Made by a program: the position numbers and the translations under genes | Part shown: positions 26,064 through 34,995 of the stretch, one piece after another | Layout: every line of letters starts with the position of its first letter | Numbering within the stretch: the stretch's first letter is position 1 | From: Octopus sinensis | Taxonomy: Eukaryota | Direction of reading: 5' to 3' | Assembly: GCF_006345805.1 (NCBI RefSeq) | Contig: NW_021831710.1 | Coordinates: 1 to 34,995 of the forward strand | DNA length: 34,995 bases | Notes under the pieces: model-generated | Databases searched by the model: none | The model's input: only the letters and a program-made list of their open reading frames with translations | What the model was told of the DNA's origin: nothing

Positions 26064-26229
26064 CAGTGTGTGTGTGTGCGTATTTTCTTTTCATGTTTAT
26101 GAATATCGGTAGAAGTTACGGAGTTATTTATTCGACAAATATTCGGTATTTACGTCTCAATATAATATATGTTGATTACAAAATATACATATGCATACAT
26201 ACATCACTAATATATATATATATAAATAT

Positions 26230-27269
26230 ATCATTGTTTGGGATAAAGCAACTATGTCCCATAATTGGGCCCTACGAGCACTTGATACCACAATGAGAAA
26301 CCTTAAATCGAGCAACAACATCCTTGAAGGTGCCGCTCTACTTCTTGCAGGAGATTTTTGACAAACTCTGCCTATTATACCCAAAGGAACACCCGCTTAT
26401 GAACTTAATGCCTGCCTTAAAAAATTCCTCCTTTTCTCAAATGTCCAATCGAAACAACTCACCATCGACATAAGATCATTCATGCATACTGGTTAGTCTG
26501 CAACCCAGTTTTCGCAGATGCTCTTATAATCGGAAATAGCCAAATTTCGTCCGACGACACCAGATACATTGACACTACTACCATTGGCCATACTGTCACC
26601 AACTCTGATGACTCATGGTCTGCCGTTTACCCAAACCATGCAACGGAATACATAAAAGCAGGTTGGCTTCGCGGCAACGCTGTTCTTGCATCTGCAAATG
26701 CAGCTGTCATCACTCTTAACCACGACTTACTCAGTCAGCTACCTTCTCAAGAACATTGTTACAGATCAGTTGACACCCTTACCGACCTCGATCAGGTTAC
26801 ACATATTCCAACAGAATTTCTCAACTCCCATGAACTCCCTCCTAATGAGGGAGTTCACTTAAAAGTCGGTTGCCCTGTCATCCTCCTACGCAATCTAAAC
26901 ACACCCACACTATGCAACAGAACGCGTCTTGTGGTCAAACAAACGACTGACTGCGTCATTGAATCCCAAATTATCACGGGTCACAGCTAAAACGATACCG
27001 TTTTCATTCTGAATATTCCGCTAATACCAACAGACTGCTCCTATCCTATGCAGAGACTTCAGTTTCCTCTCAAACTCAGCTACGCCATGACAATTAACAA
27101 AGCACAAGATCAGTCGCTGAAAACTGTCGGATTGGACTTTCGAACGTCGTGCTTTTCGCATGGACAGTTCTACGTCGGTTGTTCCAGAGTTCAGCATACA
27201 GACAACTTATTCATCTATGCTCCTGAAGGAAAAGCCAAAAACGTCGTCTACAAAGCAATCCTACAGTAG
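26230..27269 (+). pseudogene. Helitron RepHel PIF1-like (SF1) helicase, C-terminal part, with in-frame stops and frameshifts
   Basis: IIVWDKATMSHNWALRALDTTMRNLK (Walker B region), LLAGDF*QTLPIIPKG (motif III), LKVGCPVILLRNL...LCNRTRL, and RLQFPLKLSYAMTINKAQDQSLKTVGLD...CFSHGQFYVGCSRV...NVVYKAILQ* (motifs V and VI). Confidence 0.92.
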
Positions 27270-27856
27270 TTATTCTTCTGCAATCTTCACATCTACGCCA
27301 AACTGTAGCCGTTAGCAATCAGACTTCCTGCAAGTATTTCATTGATATTTTGCTTCATTACCCTGATTGCAGTTAACAGTATATTACGCTTCTTTCTTCA
27401 TGCATGCTGTTTACTCATAAGCATGCTCTGACATTTATTTTTGTAAATACCATTATTTAATTTGTGTGTTATAAATGTTTCCTTTTCGTTATCACACATG
27501 ACTTTCATTGAAAAAAAAAGCTTCAATGCGGTTGTGTCAAGCATTACGAGAAAAAATAAGTACATGATACAAAACGCTTCAACTAAGATATAGGATCCCT
27601 ATATATCTACTGAATTGCGATCTCATTTCATGGACTTTTATTTATTACTAACGGCCAAATTTATATTCAAGAAATTTTATTCATTGCGTAAGTTGCTTAA
27701 TACCATATCATAAACTGTTAACGAAAATAGTAATTATATATATTTTGCTTATCAACTTGAAATGACTTCTAACTGAGGGCTAGTTCAACTTAAACCGTCT
27801 ACGGGGGTGCACCAAATTATAAATTACACCGTCCAAAGGACGGGTGCATTTGCTAC
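26230..27856 (+). mobile_element. Helitron relic including its 3' terminus
   Basis: The helicase is followed by the hairpin CCGTCC-AAA-GGACGG (27829-27843) and then CTAC|T (degenerate CTRR followed by T) at 27853-27857. The 5' end is not identified. Confidence 0.8.
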
Positions 27857-28226
27857 TTTACAAATAATAAGAAACTTTGGGCAAACTCTTGTATAGGATC
27901 GCGAACCGACTAATTCCTTGTGGATGAATTTAGTAGAAGAAACTCTCTAGAAGCCCGTAGATTATATATATATATATATATATATAGGACACAGAAGTGT
28001 GTCTATGGCCAGCTGGAGGAGTGTGTCCTCTGGGGCTAAAAACTACAGTAGCATCCACCTTAGGGTTAGCCATATTGAAATGGCAAAAATACGTCACGAT
28101 GTGTTACCGCTACTGTATATAACTCACTTTGATATCTATCATTGTTTGATTTCACTTTTCAATATCAGCGACAGTGGACGCTGGAAAAAGTATAAGTATT
28201 TGTGAAGGAAATCTAATTCTCGCCGA

Positions 28227-28296
28227 CAACTATGATTGTCACACGCTGACGAGAGGTCAATACCTCGAAACTCGAGTCCGTGTGTATCATAAGTTG
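28227..28296 (+). ncRNA. Type I hammerhead ribozyme, copy 1 (predicted cleavage after 28278)
   Basis: CAACTATGAT-TGT-CACACG-CTGACGA-GAGG(tcaata)CCTC-GAAA-CTCGAG-TC|CGTGTG-T-ATCATA-A-GTTG. Confidence 0.93.
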
Positions 28297-28578
28297 AAGA
28301 CGGGAAGGATTGACTTCCCTTTGCAAATACTGACAGGACACAGAAAGTGTGTCTATGACCAGCTGGAGGAGTGGTCCTCCTGGGGCTAAAAATACAGTAG
28401 CATCCACCCTTAGGGGTTAGCCATATTGAAATGGCAAAAATACGTCACGATGTGTTACCGCTACTGTATATAACTCACTTTGATATTTATCATTGTTTGA
28501 TTTCACTTTTTCAATATCAGCGACAGTGGACGCTGGAAAAAGTATAAGTATTTGTGAAGGAAATCTAATTCTCGCCGA

Positions 28579-28648
28579 CAACTATGATTGTCACACGCTG
28601 ACGAGAGGTCAATACCTCGAAACTCGAGTCCGTGTGTATCATAAGTTG
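28579..28648 (+). ncRNA. Type I hammerhead ribozyme, copy 2 (predicted cleavage after 28630)
   Basis: Identical to copy 1. Confidence 0.93.
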
Positions 28649-28934
28649 AAGACGGGAAGGATGACTTCCCTTTGCAAATACTGACAGGACACAGAAAGTG
28701 TGTGTCTATGACCAGCTGGAGGAGTGTGTCCTCCTGGGGCTAAAAACTACAGTAGCATCCACCCTTAGGGGTTAGCCATATTGAAATGGCAAAAAATACG
28801 TCACGATGTGTTACCGCTACTGTATATAACTCACTTTGATATTTATCATTGTTTGATTTCACTTTTTCAATATCAGCGACAGTGGACGCTGGAAAAAGTA
28901 TAAGTATTTGTGAAGGAAATCTAATTCTCGCCGA

Positions 28935-29004
28935 CAACTATGATTGTCACACGCTGACGAGAGGTCAATACCTCGAAACTCGAGTCCGTGTGTATCATAA
29001 GTTG
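28935..29004 (+). ncRNA. Type I hammerhead ribozyme, copy 3 (predicted cleavage after 28986)
   Basis: Identical to copy 1. Confidence 0.93.
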
Positions 29005-29285
29005 AAGACGGGAAGGATGACTTCCCTTTGCAAATACTGACAGGACACAGAAAGTGTGTCTATGACCAGCTGGAGGAGTGTGTCCTCCTGGGGCTAAAAA
29101 CTACAGTAGCATCCACCCTTAGGGGTTAGCCATATTGAAATGGCAAAAAATACGTCACGATGTGTTACCGCTACTGTATATAACTCACTTTGATATTTAT
29201 CATTTTGATTTCACTTTTTCAATATCAGCGACAGTGGACGCTGGAAAAAGTATAAGTATTGTGAAGGAAATCTAATTCTCGCCGA

Positions 29286-29354
29286 CAACTATGATTGTCA
29301 CACGCTGACGAGAGGTCAATACCTCGAAACTCGAGTCCGTGTGTATCATAAGTG
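29286..29354 (+). ncRNA. Type I hammerhead ribozyme, copy 4 (predicted cleavage after 29337)
   Basis: Core identical to copy 1; one T is missing in the distal helix I (AGTG instead of AGTTG). Confidence 0.92.
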
Positions 29355-29507
29355 AAGACGGGAAGGATGACTTCCCTTTGCAAATACTGACAGGACACAG
29401 AAAGTGTGTCTATGGCCAGCTGGAGGAGTGTGTCCTCCTGGGGCTAAAAACTACAGTAGCATCCACCCTTAGGGGTTAGCTATATTAAAATGGCAAAAAT
29501 ACGTCAC

Positions 29508-29544
<37 letters not shown>

Positions 29545-29644
29545 ATAATATAATATAATATAATATAATATAATATAATATGTACATACTCATATGTGTG
29601 TGTGTGTGTGTGTGTGTTTGCATGTATCTGTATATAGTTGTGGT

Positions 29645-29848
29645 TGTCCCATCACCGCGGTTTTGCAACCGGGGTTGACTTGTTTACGTCCCCATAACCT
29701 AGCTGTTTGATAAAAGACCGGTTTAATAAGTATAAAAGTTTTAAATATATAAAAAAACTGGAGTTTGTTTGTTCGACCAAACATTTGAAGGTGGTGCCCC
29801 AGCATGTGCGCGATCCAACTGCTCAAACAAGTGAAAGATAAATGAAAT
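29645..29848 (+). mobile_element. 3' half of a family C-like SINE, diverged
   Basis: TGTTTACGTCCCCATAACCTAGC...AAAAGACCG...AATAAGTA...GAAGGTGGTGCCCCAGCATG...AAACAAGTGAAAGATAAA. Confidence 0.7.
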
Positions 29849-30761
29849 AGACACGCAGACTCTGGCATAATGTTACCCAAACCGTAATTTACATATTTGC
29901 TAGAAAAGGTTAAACAAAGAAAAAAAAAAAAGCAAAGAGAAAAATTGCTTCTTACTTTTTTTGTTTCTTTTTGTTTGTTTGTTTCTTTCTGCACAGATCT
30001 AATTATTCGTAATCAGTTTTGTAATGCTAATGCATTAAATCTGGAAACACTCGTTTGACAATTGTTTATCATGACAATAGTCTACGTAAGTAAATCCTCT
30101 CAGTATTGTAGTCGCTAAAATATGCTAATGCCTTACACCCACTGATTTACTGAAGTATATATTTACATAAACGATTGCAACGTGGAACGACACATGTTAG
30201 CCATTCCGAAACACACAAAAACAGTTAAATTCACTTAAACATTCATTGCTTGTAATATGGCGTCTAACACTTCGTCGCTCGAAACAGCGACCGCATCGCC
30301 GATAGAGTTTCACTGCATCTCCGTACACCTCCCGAATATTTACATAAGAATTCACTCGGCATTGCTTCCGGGATTATGCCGCCGAAGTCTGTTTATTCAT
30401 TAAAGCTATTCTGCCGAGGCTAAAACAAAAGAATTGACCTCTAGTCAAACGAAGGTTTATAAGAAAACAGAATCTGAAAGAGTAACCTCTCAGGTATCGA
30501 GCGTATGAGCACAGAATAAATCTCCATTTGATTAACGAATATAGTGAAATTATATAGTAAATTACTAACGTCTGAATGGAAAAAAATATCGAATACATGC
30601 AAACAAATACATACACACACACACAAAGACACGAACGAATGCGCACATATGTATATGTGTGTAAGTGTGTATGAATATATATATATGTCACTATATATAC
30701 AAATATCTATACATATATATATATATTATATATATACACACGCAGAGGGAGAAAGAGAGAA

Positions 30762-30822
<61 letters not shown>

Positions 30823-30823
30823 C

Positions 30824-30907
<84 letters not shown>
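30762..30907. repeat. (GATA)n microsatellite
   Basis: Direct reading. Confidence 0.97.
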
Positions 30908-31289
30908 GTTTACGGAGGTCATTGTAAATGAACATTAAAAATTCAAAACACGTCGATAAGCACATTATAAGTTAATTTACATATATGTATCGTTCTTGTA
31001 AAAGCAAATCATTGAATTGCCTGATAAGTAGATAAAGTTCTTTAACAATCAATTGATATGTGAAAATATTTATGTAGCAGGTCAAGTGATTTTACAAAGG
31101 TTTTCTTATCAACACAAAGATCTTGCGCGAAATCGATTCGCTATTTATTGTTTCCCGTTTTGTATATTTATTTTATTAAAGGAAATCTTTAGGACAATAT
31201 CTTGGGGTGTATTGATTTCTAATAACGATAGAGAAGAATTGCTGTTGAAATTTTAAAAGTCTATGATTTTCTATAATATTAATTTAAAA

Positions 31290-31359
31290 TTTTGGTAGAA
31301 GTCCAGCAATCTGGCAGGAGTAGGTCGATTACATTCACCCCAGTTTTCAAATAGTACTT
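31290..31359 (-). mobile_element. Short family A SINE 3' fragment
   Basis: Minus strand reads AAGTACTATTTGAAAACTGGGGTGAATGTAATCGACC. Confidence 0.55.
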
Positions 31360-31470
31360 CAAAACACACGTATGCATGTGTGTGCATGCGTGTGTGCGTT
31401 TGGTATGCGTATATATATATAATAATATATATATATATATATATATAGATATATATATATAATATAATAT

Positions 31471-31502
<32 letters not shown>

Positions 31503-31505
31503 ATA

Positions 31506-31966
31506 TCTATGTATAATTATATATTATATTATATTATATATATTATATTATATTATATAAAATCCGTTCTGTCTGTCTGTGTGCGTTTCTTCTAGGATCT
31601 CGGGCATCCTCCATCCGATTGCGCTAAAATTTGATATGTAAATACCGACGGTATCAATGCGTGTATAAGTCTTGAAAACATTACAAAAATCGATTCTAGG
31701 TGAGAATGCGATCGATAAAGCCGCAGGAACGTGCATTTGTAAGCGCAAGTATATCAGCTGTTTCGATTGATACTACGCGTACTCGAGAAAAATGCACGTG
31801 CAGTTTACGCAAAGAATGCCGACCTGTTTGGTGTCTCAAATTTAGGTTAAATCAGTGTTTCTCAAAGGGGAGGCCTATGGGACACTCGGACAAGTTGCTT
31901 TGATAAAATTTGGTTTAAATGTTTGACGACTCAGCACAGTCCATTGGACGGGGGGCGTTTTGCTCG
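31506..31966 (+). mobile_element. Non-autonomous Helitron (~460 bp)
   Basis: 5' A|TCTAT..., an AT-rich start, then TTATATAAAATCCGTTCTGTCTGTCTGTGTG...CCATCCGATTGCGCTAAAATTTGATATG. The 3' hairpin GTCC-ATT-GGAC followed by CTCG|T resembles the 27829-27856 Helitron end. Confidence 0.65.
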
Positions 31967-32014
<48 letters not shown>

Positions 32015-32049
32015 CACATATATATATATGTGTGTGTGTGTGTGTACAT

Positions 32050-32378
32050 TCTTTTATTCTTTTCTCTTTTACTTGTTACAGTCATTTGACTGCGGCCACA
32101 CTGCATCATCGCTTTAAAGAGTAGTAGTCGAAGAAATTGACCCCAGCACTATTTTTTGTAAGCCTAGTACGTATCATATCGGTTTCTTATGCCGAATCGC
32201 TAAGTTACGGGGACATAACCACACTAGCATCGGTTGGCAAGCGATGGCGTCGGAACAAACACACATATAAATATGTACACACACACAACACACACACACA
32301 TATACATATATATGGATATGACGGTCTTCTATTAGCTTCCGTCAACCCGATCCACTCAAAAGGCTTTAGTCGGCCTGA
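32050..32378 (-). mobile_element. 5'-truncated family C SINE
   Basis: ACTTGTTACAGTCATTTGACTGCGGCC, GCCGAATCGCTAAGTTACGGGGAC and an internal CA/TA tract; homologous to 18416-18876. Confidence 0.8.
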
Positions 32379-32849
32379 TATAATATTTTATATATATATA
32401 TATACACTTAAAAACAAACACACATATACAAACACACACGCTATCTATCTACCTATCTGCCTATCTATCTAACAATCTCGCTCTCTCCTCTCTCTTCTCT
32501 CTCTCTTTCTATCACCCTCCCTTTCTATTATATATATACATGTTTGTATGTAAGTGTGTGTACAACACACACACGCACAAGCAGACACGCTCACAGTGAA
32601 CTACACACAGAAGTGTGTGTCTATGTGATTATACTATTTTATATATTACGTATAGACAACCCTTATCAAGAGGCGGGCGGGCCTCATAAAGCATGGATCA
32701 TCCTCTGGAGGGTCACACAACCAAGAAAACTGAATTTGTTTTTTGTCAGCCGTGCTAGTCAGAAAGCCCTTGGTCAGCAGGTCGCTTATGGGTCCTCTTT
32801 CATTGACAATGTATTTTTGTGGATAATTGAGTCTACAAGAGACGGAGGT

Positions 32850-33345
32850 TAGAATAGAAAGAAACAAACAGAAAGAAAGGAAGAAAGAAAAGAAGGAGGA
32901 GGAGAAAAAAGAAGAAGAAGAAGGAGGGGGGATGGGAGGAGGAGGAGGAAGAGGAGGAATAGGAGAAGAAGAAGAAGAAGAAGAAGAAGAAGGAGAGGAA
33001 GAAGAGAAGAAGAAGAAGAAGAAGAAGAGGAAACACGAGGAGGGGGAGAAGAAGAAGAAATGGAAGAAGAAGAAGAAGAAGAAGAAGAAGAAGAAGAAGA
33101 AGAAGAAGAAGAAGAAATGGCTAATGGTTTTTGGCGTCAGACTTGCCGAAAATAGAACTGAATAGATAGTTGACATTGGGAATTAATTTTTACGACTTCT
33201 ATTTTAGGAATGTGTTTAGTCATTTGGTTGAAATCACAGAAGCGTGGCAGCAAACAAAGGTGGATAAGAAAATGAAGATAATTGAAAGGTCAAGTTATAG
33301 GAAAATATTTCTTCCCCTTCCTCTTCCACTTCCACTTCCACTTCC

Positions 33346-33376
<31 letters not shown>

Positions 33377-33469
33377 CTTCTTCTTCTTCTTCTTCTTCTT
33401 CTTCTTCTTCTCCTTCTTCTTCTTCCTCTTCTCCTCCTCTCTTCTCCTTCTTCTTCTTTTTCTCTCTTC

Positions 33470-33500
<31 letters not shown>

Positions 33501-33764
33501 CTCTTCTTCTTCTTCTTCTTCTTCTTCTTTTCTTTACTTTTCTCTTGTCTTCTTCCTGTCGCTTTTTCTTCTTCGTTCCCCACTTTCTCCACCACTTCCC
33601 CCTTCTCTCCCTCGTCCCCTCCTCTTCCTCCTCCTCCTCCTCTTCCAATCCTCCTCCTCCTCATCTTCCACCTCCTCCTGCTCTTCCTCCTTCTTCTTCT
33701 TCTTCTACTACTACTACTTCTACTACTACTACTACTACTACAACTACTACTACTACTACTACTA

Positions 33765-33797
<33 letters not shown>
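32850..33797. repeat. (GAA/GGA)n tract, a ~190-bp spacer, then a (TTC/TCC)n and (TAC)n tract
   Basis: Direct reading. Confidence 0.95.
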
Positions 33798-34197
33798 CCA
33801 ACCGCTTCATCTGTAACGTATTACCTTTTTGTTAATCCACTTACGTGCTGTGTAATCTTTCACTTGTTCATTTTTTTTTAAAAGCTACACAAAATATAAC
33901 AATATAGCTGTTTACATTTATATCTATGTGTGTGCGTATGTTTGTGTGTGTGTGAGCGAGAAAAAGAGTGTATGTGTGTGTGTGTGCGTGAGCGTGTGTG
34001 CGTGCGTGTGTGTTTGTGCGCGTGCCCAGGTGTATGAAGTCAGAGATCTGACCTCTTAAGCCAGTAATTTTCCTCTTAACCATGTTAGCCAATACAACCG
34101 GTACATGATCAGGGTGTCAGCGACTAAACCGGCAAGTCAACTTAGCTTTCTTGGTAGGGAAGTAATTGTTGCAAACCTGAGCATGTATGGTCAAGGT

Positions 34198-34320
34198 TAC
34201 ATGACTTACTTGTTAGGCGGTTTCACTCACGATCGAGAGATCGAGGGTTTCAACCAATGGACCGGGTGGTACGTACGTTGTCTTTGAAGCAATACATCAT
34301 TTTATGTTGCCCTGCGATCT
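34198..34320 (+). mobile_element. Degenerate family B SINE head
   Basis: TACATGACTTACTTGTTAGGCGG...CTCACGATCGAGAGATCGAGGGTTTCAA...GTTGTCTTTGAAGCAATACATCATTTTATGTTGC resembles the 9944 head. Confidence 0.5.
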
Positions 34321-34995
34321 TTGACGTCTGATGAGTGGTTCCTCATGCACCACTTCAGGTAACTTTCACTTGGTAGAAAGAGTGAGCAATATATATATAT
34401 ATATATTATTATATATAATATATATAATATATATATATATATATATGGTATAACAATAAGAGGCTTCCAAATTGGAAGCTTCTTATTGTGTTTCTATATG
34501 AATAATTAAAGTGTTATGACTAATTCGTTTTTTGTGCTAGGCCACTGGTAATAATAATTTATTACCCTATTTTATTATATATATATATATATGTATATTG
34601 TTTTTGTTTTTATATCACTATAAAAACAAAAGACCCATCATTTTTGTAAAAACTACAGAACTGCCTTTCTCGGACTACCATTTTACACATGGTACAAAGG
34701 TGGAGAAAATATTGAAGAGCAGGGTAGGAGACTGAATGCAAATCCGCTTGAGAGAAAGGCACTCATTTGAACCCTGTAATATCTAAAACATTTTTTATTT
34801 ATTTTAGTCATTAGATTGTGACCATGCTAGTGCACTTTTGTAAATTTGGCTTGTGGACGGTTTAAAGAGTACCAAATATTTAGATGTAGTCACTTGAGGA
34901 GCACAGCATATATCAATACAAAATTAGACAGATACTGTTTACATTCTTTCTGTTTTGTTTTGTTTTTTGTTTTTTTCAGCCGCATTCAAAGATTT

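Larger units (their letters stand above)
27987..29507 (+). mobile_element. Tandem array of 4.3 copies of a ~350-bp hammerhead-containing unit (candidate non-LTR retrozyme / ribozyme satellite)
   Basis: Units start GGACACAGAA at 27987, 28336, 28687, 29043 and 29393 (the last is partial, 115 bp). Each full unit contains a type I hammerhead. (TA)n flanks both sides. Confidence 0.85.

Noticed and set aside
25402-26229. A|TCTATATAA as the 5' end of the helicase-bearing Helitron
   Set aside because: The motif is too common in this TA-rich sequence, and the intervening DNA shows no Rep or helicase homology.
28174-29040. Repeated 63-71 aa ORFs inside the 350-bp array
   Set aside because: They differ between copies through frameshifts and have no recognisable motif. 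The conserved feature is the RNA structure, not a peptide.
27987-29507. CRISPR-like or ordinary satellite interpretation of the array
   Set aside because: There are no unique spacers and whole units repeat. The unit carries an intact ribozyme, which an inert satellite label does not explain.
32604-32690. ACACAGAAGTGTGTGTCTATG match to the array unit start, plus a GAGG/CCTC hairpin
   Set aside because: The match is short and partly simple-repeat, and the flanking CTGANGA and GAAA motifs are absent.
34328-34360. CTGATGA-GTGG...CCAC
   Set aside because: No GAAA follows the stem; it lies in a degenerate SINE tail.

Overview
AT-rich, microsatellite-saturated eukaryotic DNA with no recognisable host protein-coding gene. 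The tRNA-derived SINEs, R4/Dong-like LINE fragments in (TAA)n and dense simple repeats resemble octopus (cephalopod) genomic DNA; this taxon assignment is an inference. Most ORFs in the supplied track are microsatellite artefacts. The real coding relics are a decayed Helitron helicase (26230-27269), two R4/Dong-type restriction-like endonuclease fragments (20256-20675, 22410-22706) and a Penelope-like GIY-YIG endonuclease fragment (18977-19313) that the ORF track misses. The standout is a 4.3-copy tandem array of a ~350-bp non-coding unit (27987-29507) between (TA)n tracts. Every full unit carries an intact type I hammerhead ribozyme (CUGACGA / GAAA / GUC, palindromic helix III), the architecture of a metazoan non-LTR retrozyme expected to yield ~351-356-nt self-cleaved, possibly circular RNAs. 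A solo minimal hammerhead (5730-5777) and a degenerate hammerhead downstream of the Penelope-like ORF (19503-19588) are also present. Frequent 1-nt indels between repeat copies suggest long-read consensus error, so exact lengths are approximate.
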